IMG/VR virus record: IMGVR_UViG_3300050195_000027
Location: 1 to 31,594 of that record
DNA length: 31,594 bases
Reading direction: 5' to 3' (one strand)
Source of the DNA: a virus
Lineage: Duplodnaviria; Caudoviricetes
How positions within the stretch are numbered: position 1 is the stretch's first letter; every line of letters begins with the position of its first letter. Positions 10,501 to 18,818 of this stretch are shown one piece after another. The notes below the pieces were generated by a model that ran no database searches, was not told the DNA's origin, and saw only the letters and a list, made by a program, of their open reading frames with translations. Position numbers and translations under genes: made by a program.

Positions 10501-11451
10501 CGCGGCCGAGATCGGCACCACGCCCGCGGCGGCGGTCGTGCCGTATGCAGCGGTCGCCGCCTTCAGTGCGGCGTCACCATCGCCTGTGCGCTCGAAGACC
10601 TCGCGGCCGGTGTTCACGGCTTCGGTGAGCGCCGGGGTCGTCATCGCCTTCGTACCGTGCGCAGCCAAAGCGCCAACCCGTGCGGCGACCGTATCGCCAG
10701 TGGCGATAGGTGCGGCCGCCTCGCCAGCGCCGCCCGTCAACACGATCTGCGCCATCGTGCCCAGCAAGGCGCCGCCCGCGTGGAAGCCTTTGTCCGCGAA
10801 GGTCGCGTCAGGGGGAAGGTTGAACGCCGACTCGTCCGCGACACGCGGCGTCACCATGTTGCGGAACCACCAGTCGGAGGCACTGGTGTCTCCTCGCACC
10901 TTGTCAGCAAGGACGGCGGGCGCGGCGGTGACAAGCCCGACAGCCTCCGCGAGTTTGTTGAACGAGCCGCCGAGGCCGCGAGCGAGCGACAGCGCGCCGC
11001 TGCCGACGTCGCTCATCAACGTGCGGTCGGTAGGGTCAGCGCTGAACAGATAGTTCACCGCCCGGCCCATGGTGAATGGCCTGCCGGGCGCCGGATCGAG
11101 CGCCGGGTTTTGTGCGACGGCCGGCGCTTTCACGGCGGTCTCGACGTTCGTCGTCGCCGGGATGTCGTCGTGCGTCAACTTCGCAAGATCAGGGTCCGCG
11201 AGCAACTGCGCCGTGGTCGGGAACTGGCGCTGCAGCAAGCTGGCGTCGAACGTCGACATCCGAGCTTGTTGATTCACCTGATCCGGCATCGCCCGCGCGG
11301 TGACGAGCGGCACGCGCGCGACAGCCGCGGCGCGGCGCGTCTGCGCCTCGGCGTCAGGGTTGACGGGCAGGGCCTGGGCAACGTTGTCGCGGATCTGCGC
11401 CGCGCTTCCTTGGAGAGTCGACGCTACCGCGTCGTCGAACGGATCGCTCAT
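4570..11451 (-). CDS. Large internal virion/ejection protein (2293 aa)
   Basis: Size and position; mostly helical; STFQHELGHFF zincin-like motif; C-terminal LFTMFYTFWN. Confidence 0.8.
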   Translation of the reverse strand: MSDPFDDAVASTLQGSAAQIRDNVAQALPVNPDAEAQTRRAAAVARVPLVTARAMPDQVNQQARMSTFDASLLQRQFPTTAQLLADPDLAKLTHDDIPATTNVETAVKAPAVAQNPALDPAPGRPFTMGRAVNYLFSADPTDRTLMSDVGSGALSLARGLGGSFNKLAEAVGLVTAAPAVLADKVRGDTSASDWWFRNMVTPRVADESAFNLPPDATFADKGFHAGGALLGTMAQIVLTGGAGEAAAPIATGDTVAARVGALAAHGTKAMTTPALTEAVNTGREVFERTGDGDAALKAATAAYGTTAAAGVVPISAAGGLVKRVLTGALSGAASGEASRQIMNAASPDTMQTSFDWENQFLSMITGAALGGAMGPRDASALPAVRDSYAEAYQAARSEAQNAQLAEISKAAVASKLRERDPAAFKQFVADAADGSDMHSVHIEGAKFAEILQQAGVSGDELRQTMPDVASQMDAALGENAPRNALVTIPIEDFATHIAGSKFEQQFLANARVTPESGTAAEGDTLKQEQQADLQSRAQALADTHDNNAAYQASVDRMNAQVDANLAGLKMRPDQLEANSMLLREFYKTQADRTGVMPDEFAAKYPVKATNRELLGDKYAQDVPHIEDDHLGPAAALMEMGKRDDLFQYPKSNEKDPVKIAADKSLGLKVTPETVTQMDGSEKHTGNWDIVSPDGSGTAIMTRHGDKVWINVAGLKPGSGGSLVYDLAANYARNNGLKFVGDPAGVSKAAMVRRAENMLSSAVKYGTTDHLEPHPKQLKGDKTVPPLAWKAGDTLANVRSLMDATTGANAKLAPISDGIRYDAAHGRFADSEGAVVDGPDVFRVLSDFGRGDAGAGAPGQATLRRNALFHSLLQGEGARRALLDELYRVEGGRGEDAGSGLAGSFYQERVAQKARGEFSPGQKTIALLKDANLSTFQHELGHFFLDTLSHMAAQADAPAQVKADMAAFLKWQGIGTLDDWHEMSVNEQREHHEAFATGWETYLMKGQAPTLELRGLFSRFRAWMMSVYQTLKGAPGDFTPEVRGVFDRMIASTDAIHQAEMARKYMPLFDSPEKSGMSPEDWAKYQATGKDATEQAIESLIGKTMKDMAKTDRLRTSSLRAVQRDAAVKRQAITLEVRSEVMREPVYRAWSFLTGKDSAQLPDEINAEHQQAVRDWSEKRSEHEAEAKAEVKAKAWEAAPESKLPAKNLGLAKGQWLAKNRARIDLDIKRAMIDYDAEHPKPVAPPKPDTASKDPTTGAGKIDLDALREAVGKDKAKPLQDLRMTTTTGHGMAPGEVADMFQFPDIESMVDAITQAEPPRAVVSGIVDQRMLERHGEISTPEAMARTADELVQNEVRSTFVASELRALRAATGATRTAKGKLSDMVLAAKEAASNTIDVKRIRDINEGQFRAAETRSATQAEKAMMKGDTEGAATAKRDQLLNMELGRAARDANDFVAKSLEYLKKFEKDSVRENIDVDYRDQIDRLLERADLRKGVSNVALDKRASLESWVEKMAALGYKPDVPEDLLNEAARWHYKDMPFAAFRGLVDSVKAIEQLGKLKNQLRDGQEARAISALADEVRDSAAKLPQREGESNRGLTRMAKKWLDAKAFGRSAQASLLKMEQMFDWIDARNPMGAMNRVVFRRMSEAGVHEASLLSATKEGIDALAKAHLDDIAKTKGIFTADGLIDGLTGKPQKFTTKEMLMLAGNAGNESNLGKLAKGEGWDEAAVWDFLHKNMTTAHWDFVEGMGKTLETLWPEKVAMGRRLGATTPEKIAPRPFQTADGKTRSGWYWPLMYDPARSQDVAERGARMGDSLFENIYTKANTDTGRMNTRNENYARPILMDLDALPRMIKDEIHDIAWREAVIDADRFTSHPVVRKAIVGALSQEHYDQIRPWLQSIANDGKLGPDGNRGWKWLNTIANEARTRATMVGLGFRLTTAAVHGLSAGAESVAELGPKWMSKGLWDFSNPAQWAENKAAIFEKSGEMRNRANEQDRDIREYLTDLDTKLMDTTSGALARGANVLRSHAFDLIGGLDMLTALPTWQGAYLKGMSPIKDGGLGLGEEDAVYFADKTVRNAHGGTGVKDMAAIQRGNEFQKLFTMFYTFWNHNVNRLIDTGKLIASPEHRAAMKEANHWTDTQLASTVIMRTLVYTIGVQTMHALFHPPKDDDTESWLAYAAKEFGSVAFGGIPIARDLYAHYVTGRDYSATPAAGLVDTVGKSGADAAAALTGKDVSDKWVKHTIATAGAVLNLPLGQPSNVAQFLWDVGQGRADPTSATDWWNGVMHGDVKHH

Positions 11452-13667
11452 TGCTGGCCCAGTTGGAAATTCCGGTATGCGTTCAGAACGTCGGTGTCGC
11501 TCGGATTCGCCCGGCCGGCCTTGGCGTAGGCGGCCTTGATTTTCGTCACGGTGTCGGGGTTCAGGTCACCGACGCGCATGCCCATCAGGTTGTGCGGCGA
11601 GGCGCTGCCGAGGTCGTAGCCGAACAGCGTGCGGCGGAACTGGACGTTCGCCGCGAACAGCTTGTCCATGTGCGTCTCGATGTCGTCCGGCGTGAAGCGC
11701 TTCCCGCTCGAGTACTGGGCCTGCTGGATCGACTGGTCGACGAAAAGCTTCGTCGCTCCGAGCCAGGCACTGTCTGACGTCCCGGCGCGCGCGGTGGTCG
11801 GCAACTGCATGCTGGCCAGACGCTCGTTCAAGACACGCGCGATCGTCGCGTGGTCCATGCCGTTCGGGGAGTCGTCACCCGTGCCGTTGGTCCACTCGGC
11901 CCGCTGCTTCGACAGCTGCTGGAACGTGCTCGGGCTCAGTTCGGTCTGCAGCATGTCCCACGCCGGCTGGCTCATCCTGAAGTACTGGGCCTTGTTCGAC
12001 ACGATGTCGTTGTAGCGGCCCAGGTTCGTGACGGTGTCGCCGCGCTGCAGCGCCTTGCTGAAGGACTCCAGCGGCCGGCCGGCGTCGCCAGGCGCGAAGC
12101 GCAGGAGCGGGTCCATCAGCTCTTGTGGCACGTCCGCGACGGTTGCGCCGCTGCCCTTGTTCGCGTAGAGCCACTGCTGCACTGCCGACAGCGCCTGGGT
12201 GCCTTGCTCGGTGAACGTCTTGTCGATGACGTTGAACTGCTGCGTGGCGTGCTCCCGGGTCATCTGCACCAGCTGAGGCGTCGCGCCGGCGGGGAGCTTC
12301 GACAGCGCGCTGTTGACAAACTGCAGCTCGGTCGGGCGCGCGACGCGACCCTGCGTCGGGTCCTCGAGCTGGCTCATGTTCGTCTTCACGTAATTGACGG
12401 TCTGCTGGTGATTGGCCGGCGACTGGTACGCGGCGAGCGCGCTCATCCAATCGCCGCCGTCTGCGTCCTTCAGAGCCTTGTCGACGTTGCCTTCGCCCGC
12501 GTTGTACGCCGCCCAGGCCAGCGCCGGATCGCCGTACTTCTGCAGCAGCGCGGCCTGCAGTGACGCGCCCACCCGGTTGTATTCCGCGGCCGAGTCGTTG
12601 GCTGCCGGGCGGATCCCGTGGCCCGGGTTCGCTGCCGTGGCCGGCATCACCTGCATCGCGTACTTGGCGCCAACGGGCGAGACGATGGGGGTGCCGTCGG
12701 GGGCGAAGTCCTTGTTGCCCGACTCCGTGCCTGCCGTGATCTGGTGGAAGCGATCGAGCGTCGTCGGCGCGAAGGCGCGCGACACCTCCGTTGCCGTCTG
12801 GCCGACGGCCGCCGTGGACACCGCCAGGTTGTTCGCCTGCGTGACGTGGGCTTGCAGCGCCAGGATGTCGTTGCCCGTCAGCTCGCCGCGCTTGCGCGCC
12901 GCGTCCATGTAGTTCATGGCGTAGCCTGGGTTGCCGTTCTCGAGCGCGGACTGCACGACACCGCGGTGCGCGCTGCTGACGGCGTCGAGGATGGCGGCGT
13001 CTGCCGGTGCGCCTTCGAGCCCGTGCTGCTGGGCCCTGGCCATGGTCGCCGCCTTGATCGCATCGACCGCGCCGGGCGTGTAGTTCCCGTGGTCGTCGGT
13101 GTGGCCGAAGATCAGGTCGGGGTTGTCCCAGTTCTGCGCGATGCTGTTCTTGGCGAGGGCGATCGTCGCGTCGTTGACGGAGTCGTGATAGACCCCGTAC
13201 TGCTGCAGGGTGTGCGCCTCGATGTCGCCTTGGAACTGCGTGGCCAGCGCCGCCGAGGACTGCGCGAAAGCGCGGCGCTGCTCGTCGTTGCCGAGGTTGC
13301 CTGCAATGGTGCTCAGCGAGGAGCTGAGCTTGTCACCGTACTCCGCTGCGAGCGGCTGGCCGTTGGGGCGCTGCAGCGCGTCGTGACCCTGCAGAGCCTT
13401 GTAGCCGGTCGCCGGGTCGTAGGTGAGTTGCTGCGCGGCGATGCGCGCCTGGTTGACTGCGTCGTTCACGCGCGTCTGGTTGATCTGGTCCTGCATGGAC
13501 AGCGCGATCTTCGAGACGGCGTCACCTGCGCTCTGCATCGCTGCGCCGGTGCGCTGGGCCTGCTCGCCGGCGATCTGCTCAGCGTTCGGCCCGCCCGGCA
13601 CGGCGAGTTTCGCATCCGGCGCGGTGGTCTGGCCGGTCGTGAAGTTCGAGTAGGTCGGGATAGCCAT
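11448..13667 (-). CDS. Internal virion protein with lytic transglycosylase (SLT) domain
   Basis: TESG, AKYAMQVMPATA and AAYNAGEG motifs. Confidence 0.85.
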   Translation of the reverse strand: MAIPTYSNFTTGQTTAPDAKLAVPGGPNAEQIAGEQAQRTGAAMQSAGDAVSKIALSMQDQINQTRVNDAVNQARIAAQQLTYDPATGYKALQGHDALQRPNGQPLAAEYGDKLSSSLSTIAGNLGNDEQRRAFAQSSAALATQFQGDIEAHTLQQYGVYHDSVNDATIALAKNSIAQNWDNPDLIFGHTDDHGNYTPGAVDAIKAATMARAQQHGLEGAPADAAILDAVSSAHRGVVQSALENGNPGYAMNYMDAARKRGELTGNDILALQAHVTQANNLAVSTAAVGQTATEVSRAFAPTTLDRFHQITAGTESGNKDFAPDGTPIVSPVGAKYAMQVMPATAANPGHGIRPAANDSAAEYNRVGASLQAALLQKYGDPALAWAAYNAGEGNVDKALKDADGGDWMSALAAYQSPANHQQTVNYVKTNMSQLEDPTQGRVARPTELQFVNSALSKLPAGATPQLVQMTREHATQQFNVIDKTFTEQGTQALSAVQQWLYANKGSGATVADVPQELMDPLLRFAPGDAGRPLESFSKALQRGDTVTNLGRYNDIVSNKAQYFRMSQPAWDMLQTELSPSTFQQLSKQRAEWTNGTGDDSPNGMDHATIARVLNERLASMQLPTTARAGTSDSAWLGATKLFVDQSIQQAQYSSGKRFTPDDIETHMDKLFAANVQFRRTLFGYDLGSASPHNLMGMRVGDLNPDTVTKIKAAYAKAGRANPSDTDVLNAYRNFQLGQQ

Positions 13668-13668
13668 C

Positions 13669-14271
13669 TCAGCCGATGTTCAGATTCGGAACCGAACCTG
13701 CGTCAACCACCCCGCTGCCGCTCCCTGTCTTGTTGGAGGTCGTGAACGCGCCCGACTTGTTGAGCATGTACCAGTTCTGCGCGACGCCGCCGGCGCTGCC
13801 GAGGAGGGACGTTGCGGCCGATCCGATCGGGCTGAGCTGATCCGCGCTCGCGTTCGCGAGCAGCCCTTCGTTCTGGTCGTTCACTGCCAGGGTCCGATAG
13901 CCCCATGCGGCACGCACCGCGTTGGCCGCGATCGTGTTCTTGTCGATCGCGCCCATCACGTCCGTGCTGGTTAGGACGCGCGCCGCGCTGCCCTCTCCGA
14001 GATCGATCCCGCTCGAAGCGAACTGGGCCTGCTGGGTGCTCTTGAGCTGCGCGGTGCGCAGCATGCTCGCTTGCTCCTCGTGCTGGCCTGCCGCCAGCGC
14101 CGAGTCGGCGGACGCGTTCGCGGTCTTGGCGTTGATCGCGTCCAAGATCGCCTGCATGCGCAGCTGGGACTTCTGCCCTTTGATCGACGAGTAGGCGCCG
14201 ATGGCGGACGACAGGGCGCCGCCGATCTGCGTGGCCATTCCGAACTGGCTAATTCCCGATGCGTCAGCCAC
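13669..14271 (-). CDS. Small internal virion/ejection protein
   Basis: Ala/Gly/Gln-rich with ASSGIDLGEGSA; position between tail tube B and the SLT protein; GTG start. Confidence 0.75.
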   Translation of the reverse strand: MADASGISQFGMATQIGGALSSAIGAYSSIKGQKSQLRMQAILDAINAKTANASADSALAAGQHEEQASMLRTAQLKSTQQAQFASSGIDLGEGSAARVLTSTDVMGAIDKNTIAANAVRAAWGYRTLAVNDQNEGLLANASADQLSPIGSAATSLLGSAGGVAQNWYMLNKSGAFTTSNKTGSGSGVVDAGSVPNLNIG

Positions 14272-14303
14272 TGTCGGCGTCTCGTTCCCTGAAGTTAACA
14301 GGG

Positions 14304-14334
14304 AAGGTACGAGCCACGGCGCGGCCTATGTGAA
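14304..14334 (-). promoter_or_regulatory. Putative late promoter B (ejection genes)
   Basis: TTCACA-19 nt-TACCTT, 32 nt before the GTG start. Confidence 0.7.
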
Positions 14335-16671
14335 CTAGCCGCCCTCGGCGTAGTCGATCGTCATGCTGATCAGGGTCAGCGGCAGCGGGTCGGTTTGGCG
14401 CAGGCAGACCTGCGCGCTGTCGCCCCACGCCGCGCGGTTCACGATCTCGACCTCGCCTGTTTGCAGGTTCGGCGGCGCGCCGTAGGGCTCGGTCGTGCGG
14501 ATCTTCGGCGACGTCAGGCTCGTGAAGGACGGCCCGGTGGCGGGGGCGCCCGAGTCCTTGATCTGCACGTAGACCTTGTTGACGTTCTTCTTCTTGCCCT
14601 GGCCGGCCGCCTCCGACTGGTTGGCGACCGGCAGGGTCTGCAGGTCTGCCGTGATCGGAAGGCCGAACTGCACCTTCGTCGCCGGGTTGTCCAGCGTGAA
14701 GCTGCCGCCCGATACCACGAGCTGCCGGTGCACTGCGCCGTCCGCGAGGATGCTGATGGTCTTGCCTTCGAGCCAGTAGGCGCCCGAGATGGTCGACACA
14801 GCGCCGGTCGTGCTCACGAACGTCCCGCCGCAGTCGACGAAGAACGAGTCGGCCAGCGTCGCGAAGACGCGGGGGCGCATGCGTTCGACGTAGCGCTTCG
14901 ACGTGCCGTTGATCACCCGCCGGACGATCGCATAGAGCACGTCCTCGGCACCCTCGGCGACCACGCAGATCGACTCAAACACGCCGTCGGTGTCGTGGTG
15001 AGCCCAGGCGCCGATCTGCTGCTCGGGCACGTAGGTCAGGCTCAGCAGGTTGCCGTTCGAACTGACCATCCAGACGATCGGATACGGCGACTTGCTGAAC
15101 GCCATGTCGATGATCGTCATCTGGTCGAACAGGTGCGGCGCGCGCAGGCTGAGGTCACCCGTGACGTAGCCGCCCGCGGTGTACTGGTATGCCATCTCGC
15201 GCACATGACCGCCGCGCGCGGCCGCGTAGACCACGTTGTTGTTCACGATCACCGGCGCGGCATCGTTGGCGCCGATGTAGGACTGCGGTTTGACGCTGAT
15301 GCTGGTCGGCGTGAGCGAGTCGGTGTTCACGCTCGTGACGCGCCACTCGGCCGAGCTGGTCAATGCGACGAGGTTGGCGAGCGGCACCAGGTGGCGCACG
15401 GTGTTGGCTTCGCGCGCGACCACCCGAAACGAGATCGAATCGGCGTCGCGCGTCGGAATCGAATAGGTCAGGTTCGACTCGGTGCCGGCCCTGGTGAGCC
15501 ACATGTTCTGGGGCTGGTTGATCGTGCCCGCGAAGACGCGGCGCTGATCGAAATATGTCACCGCGCCCGGGTAATTCCCTGCGGAGTTGAACGGGTTCGC
15601 AGCCTCGGGCGGCGTCGTGCTGATGTCCGGGGTGATGTTGTCGTCAAGGAACGATCCGGCGGTCGCCGACGCCTGGCCGAGGTAGCCCCACAGGCCGTTG
15701 CTGTACTTGTAGACGTGGTACCGAAGTGCGCCGGTCACGTTCGTCCAGGTGACGGTGTTGCTCGCGCCGGTGTCGAAGAGGTTGTTCTTGACGCCCGCCG
15801 TCATCCAGACCTTGCCGCCGGACGTGTAGGTACCGAACGTGGACGTGTCGAGCGCGGCGCCGGCCAGCGACACGGTGAACGTCGTCGTGCTGGGCACCGT
15901 AGCGACGATCAGCCCGGTCAGGTTCGCCGCAGTCATGCCGAGGATGCCCACCGTGTAGATCGGGTCGCCTGCCAGCAGGCCGTGCGCGGAGGTCGTCGTG
16001 AAGACGCCGGGAGCGGCCTTCGTGATTGCGGAGATGCTCGCCTGGAACGTCGTCGCGGCCGCCTCGACCGACACCAGCGACTCGTCGATGTTGTTGCTCG
16101 CGACGGCCGTCACGGCGTAGCGGTGGATGCTGGGCGTGCCCGGCGTGGCGCCGAGTTGCGCCGTCACCGTCACGCCGGTCGGCGTGCCGAGCGTTGTCGC
16201 AAACGAGATCGGCGTGAACGTCCAGGCGAGGGCGCCGCCGCGGCGCAGCTCGGCGGGCGCATAGTTGACGTGCACCATCGTGAAGACGTCGGCACTCTGC
16301 ACGTACTTCACGCCGAAGATGTCGGCCTGCACGAAGGTGTTCGCCACCTCGTAGGGAACCGCCCCGTTCATCAGCGTCGATCCCTGGAGCGTCGTCGCGT
16401 CCATCGTGTGGAAGCGGAAATAGCCCTCGCCGACCTCGATCGCCATCGTCTGCGTCGTCGAATAGGTGAACGGCACCAGCCGCGTCACCTTCGTCGAGTC
16501 CTTCACCTCGAGCACGAACTCGAATCCGGCACGGTTCTGCGCCGGACCGTGCGGCAGGATCCGGAAGTTGCGCACCAGGGCCAGACCGGTCTGGTACTTG
16601 GCGTCAGTGATCTGGCCGAAGAATTCCGGCGTCAGCTCGCCGCCGGTGAAGGTGCGCGCGAAGCCCCTCAT
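14335..16671 (-). CDS. Tail tubular protein B (nozzle)
   Basis: FTGGELTPEFFG N-terminus, YPGAVTYFDQRRVFAG, AWAHHDTDG, QTDPLPLTL C-terminus. Confidence 0.85.
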   Translation of the reverse strand: MRGFARTFTGGELTPEFFGQITDAKYQTGLALVRNFRILPHGPAQNRAGFEFVLEVKDSTKVTRLVPFTYSTTQTMAIEVGEGYFRFHTMDATTLQGSTLMNGAVPYEVANTFVQADIFGVKYVQSADVFTMVHVNYAPAELRRGGALAWTFTPISFATTLGTPTGVTVTAQLGATPGTPSIHRYAVTAVASNNIDESLVSVEAAATTFQASISAITKAAPGVFTTTSAHGLLAGDPIYTVGILGMTAANLTGLIVATVPSTTTFTVSLAGAALDTSTFGTYTSGGKVWMTAGVKNNLFDTGASNTVTWTNVTGALRYHVYKYSNGLWGYLGQASATAGSFLDDNITPDISTTPPEAANPFNSAGNYPGAVTYFDQRRVFAGTINQPQNMWLTRAGTESNLTYSIPTRDADSISFRVVAREANTVRHLVPLANLVALTSSAEWRVTSVNTDSLTPTSISVKPQSYIGANDAAPVIVNNNVVYAAARGGHVREMAYQYTAGGYVTGDLSLRAPHLFDQMTIIDMAFSKSPYPIVWMVSSNGNLLSLTYVPEQQIGAWAHHDTDGVFESICVVAEGAEDVLYAIVRRVINGTSKRYVERMRPRVFATLADSFFVDCGGTFVSTTGAVSTISGAYWLEGKTISILADGAVHRQLVVSGGSFTLDNPATKVQFGLPITADLQTLPVANQSEAAGQGKKKNVNKVYVQIKDSGAPATGPSFTSLTSPKIRTTEPYGAPPNLQTGEVEIVNRAAWGDSAQVCLRQTDPLPLTLISMTIDYAEGG

Positions 16672-17369
16672 CGGGCGTTGATCCAGCTGACCGCGTGCCG
16701 CTGCATGACGTTCGTCTTTTTGTTGGTCGCGTCGTTAGCCACCGCGCGGCCGTACAGCCCGCTCTTGCCGTCGCGGCCGAACGCACGGAGCTCCCACCGG
16801 CCGGCCGCCGCTTCGCCGGCATCGCCCTTGAGCACCGGCCCGGCCAGCATCGAGGACAGCGACGCCGCGAGCGTGCGAATGAACAGCGTCGAGAACTTCG
16901 ACGTGTCCGTGACGCGCGCCGTGTAGCGCAGTACCGCGTTCTGCTGGTTCGTGTAGATCACGTCGCTTCCGTCGGTGGCGGCTTCGAGCGTGAACTCCTG
17001 TGGCGTGTAGACCGCGGTGTTGATCACCGGGTTGCTGTACCCGAAGAACGCCATCGACGGCGCCGGCATAGCGACGCTCGAGTCGTCGGTGGCGTTGGGA
17101 TCCATCACCGCGATCGGGTTCAGGAGGTCGATCGGTTGCGCGTAGCAGTAGAGCCATTCGGTGATCGGGTTGGACAGCAGCGCCATCGCCGCGCGCTTCG
17201 TGGAGAAGCTCCATTCGTGCATCTCGAGCAAGGCGTCGCGCGCGATCGGGTAGAAACGCTGGCAGTGGTCCGCCTGGGCACTGCCGTCCGGGGGGTTGAT
17301 CGCCTGCAAGTTCGCGACGTCACCGAGGTTGGCCAGGGCCAGATTGCAGATGTCGACTTCGGATGCCAC
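16668..17369 (-). CDS. Tail tubular protein A (adaptor)
   Basis: SEVDICNLALANLG, LEMHEWSFSTKR, WLYCYAQP. Confidence 0.85.
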   Translation of the reverse strand: MASEVDICNLALANLGDVANLQAINPPDGSAQADHCQRFYPIARDALLEMHEWSFSTKRAAMALLSNPITEWLYCYAQPIDLLNPIAVMDPNATDDSSVAMPAPSMAFFGYSNPVINTAVYTPQEFTLEAATDGSDVIYTNQQNAVLRYTARVTDTSKFSTLFIRTLAASLSSMLAGPVLKGDAGEAAAGRWELRAFGRDGKSGLYGRAVANDATNKKTNVMQRHAVSWINAR

Positions 17370-17384
17370 GCTTCACCTCTTGAA

Positions 17385-17411
17385 GGAAAACCGGGCGCTC
17401 GTGGCGCCCGG
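17385..17411 (-). terminator. Rho-independent terminator between head and tail genes
   Basis: Minus strand CCGGGCGC-CACGA-GCGCCCGG-TTTTCC. Confidence 0.6.
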
Positions 17412-17435
17412 ATCACGTCTCGCCTGCAGGGCGGG

Positions 17436-17642
17436 TTAGGCCGTCGTCGGGGTGGCCGCGGTCGGTAGGATGGAGACGATGTTGGCGACGCTGGTGGCGA
17501 CGCCTTCGAGTGCGGCGTCGACCTCGGGGGTGGTGCCGCCGGCGGCCGCGACAGCGGCCTTCAGGGCGACCACACCGTCACCGATGGTGGAGAGGCCGGA
17601 GGCCACGGTGCCCAGCTTGGTCAGGAGTTCGTCGTTGGTCAT
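17436..17642 (-). CDS. Small hypothetical Ala/Thr-rich protein (alternative start 17711)
   Basis: MTNDELLTKLG...; GAAAGG RBS upstream. Confidence 0.6.
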   Translation of the reverse strand: MTNDELLTKLGTVASGLSTIGDGVVALKAAVAAAGGTTPEVDAALEGVATSVANIVSILPTAATPTTA

Positions 17643-17713
17643 GGTGTTTTGCCTTTCGAGTTCGATGAGGTAGATCAGAATCGGCCTGGCGAGCCAGGCG
17701 CGGAAACCCATGG

Positions 17714-18178
17714 TCAGGCGATCGATTCGCCGGCGCTTTCGCTCTCGGCGGCGGCGGCACCCTTCGGCGTCCAGGCCTTCGCGGCGGCCTTGCCGGTGCC
17801 GTTCGGGAACGCGGTGGCGAAGGCCGAGGCAACAGCTTTCGCGATGAGGTCGGCCTGCGCCACCTGCAGCGCGGCCATCTGCTCGGCATGCACCTTGTTC
17901 GACTCGGCCAGCGCTTCGAGGAAGGCAGCCTGGAATGCCGCCGGGTCGCCAACGTTCTTCGCGGCGTCGCCGTGGAACTCCATCATCTTGGCGACGCGCG
18001 CCTTGTTCGTCTCGGTGTACTCCTGGAAGCGCGCGTGGCCGACCTCGCACTGCGGCGCCAGGTTCTCGGCGGGCAGGCCGTCGTATTCGACGGTCTCGCC
18101 CTCCTCGTAGATCTTGTTGCCGACGAGGGACTTTTTGAGGACGGTGTACTTGACGGGCTCGCGCTTTTCGGTGCTCAT
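17714..18178 (-). CDS. Hypothetical virion-module protein
   Basis: AAGG RBS; SLVGNKIYEEGETVEYDGLPAENLAP N-terminus; located after the cement gene. Confidence 0.75.
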   Translation of the reverse strand: MSTEKREPVKYTVLKKSLVGNKIYEEGETVEYDGLPAENLAPQCEVGHARFQEYTETNKARVAKMMEFHGDAAKNVGDPAAFQAAFLEALAESNKVHAEQMAALQVAQADLIAKAVASAFATAFPNGTGKAAAKAWTPKGAAAAESESAGESIA

Positions 18179-18219
18179 GGTGTGGGTGCCTTGCGTGTGG
18201 GGGTTGGGGCTCTGCTACC

Positions 18220-18247
18220 CAGAAAGGCGCCCGTAGGCGCCTTTCTG
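18220..18247 (-). terminator. Hairpin/terminator after the cement gene
   Basis: CAGAAAGGCGCC-TACG-GGCGCCTTTCTG: 12-bp perfect stem with a UNCG loop. Confidence 0.7.
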
Positions 18248-18266
18248 AGGGGTATGCGTCGATCGA

Positions 18267-18758
18267 TCAGGAGACCGCGTAGCCCGACTTGTAGTAAAGG
18301 TTCTTGACCGCCTGCGGGTCCTTGACCACCGAGGCGAACACCGACAGCGTCGCGATGGCGCCGACGTTGACGATGCGCGCGCCGAAGTAGCGCTTCGGTG
18401 CATACGGTGCAACCGGATCCCAACCGACCGGGACCAACGTGCCAGCCGGCAGCGAAGCGATCGGGAACGCGTCGGTCTGGTTCACGACCTGCACGTTCGT
18501 CGTCAGAGCGGCGTCGTCGGCTTGGATCAGCTGGAACTGCACGCTGGTGCCGGCGGTCGGCGCGGTCAGTACCTGGAAAACGACCGTCAGGTCGTTGCCG
18601 GCGCCGGTGTCGCCCGGCTGGTTGCCGCCCAGCGCGAGCGGCGCCAGGTCGATGGTGTTGGTCGACAGGATGTTGCCGGCGCCGTTGGCCGCCGCGCCGG
18701 TGAGGACACCGGCCGCCGAGATCGACCCGAAGAGGGTCTGGAGTGCGTCGAGGATCAT
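18267..18758 (-). CDS. Capsid cement/decoration protein (Bbp16-like)
   Basis: MILDA...STNTIDL...KRYFGAR...YKSGY; directly follows the major capsid gene. Confidence 0.8.
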   Translation of the reverse strand: MILDALQTLFGSISAAGVLTGAAANGAGNILSTNTIDLAPLALGGNQPGDTGAGNDLTVVFQVLTAPTAGTSVQFQLIQADDAALTTNVQVVNQTDAFPIASLPAGTLVPVGWDPVAPYAPKRYFGARIVNVGAIATLSVFASVVKDPQAVKNLYYKSGYAVS

Positions 18759-18793
18759 GGTCTGCTTTCTGAAGTTGGGTGCGTGTGCGAAGA

Positions 18794-18811
18794 GCCCCGC
18801 CGGAGCGGGGC
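18794..18811 (-). terminator. Hairpin after the major capsid gene (weak terminator or stability element)
   Basis: GCCCCGC-TCCG-GCGGGGC then TCTTC. Confidence 0.5.
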
Positions 18812-18818
18812 GCCAGGC

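Noticed and set aside
5368-16926. Long plus-strand ORFs (1143, 849, 843 aa and others)
   Set aside because: Antisense shadows of high-GC minus-strand genes; no recognisable motifs
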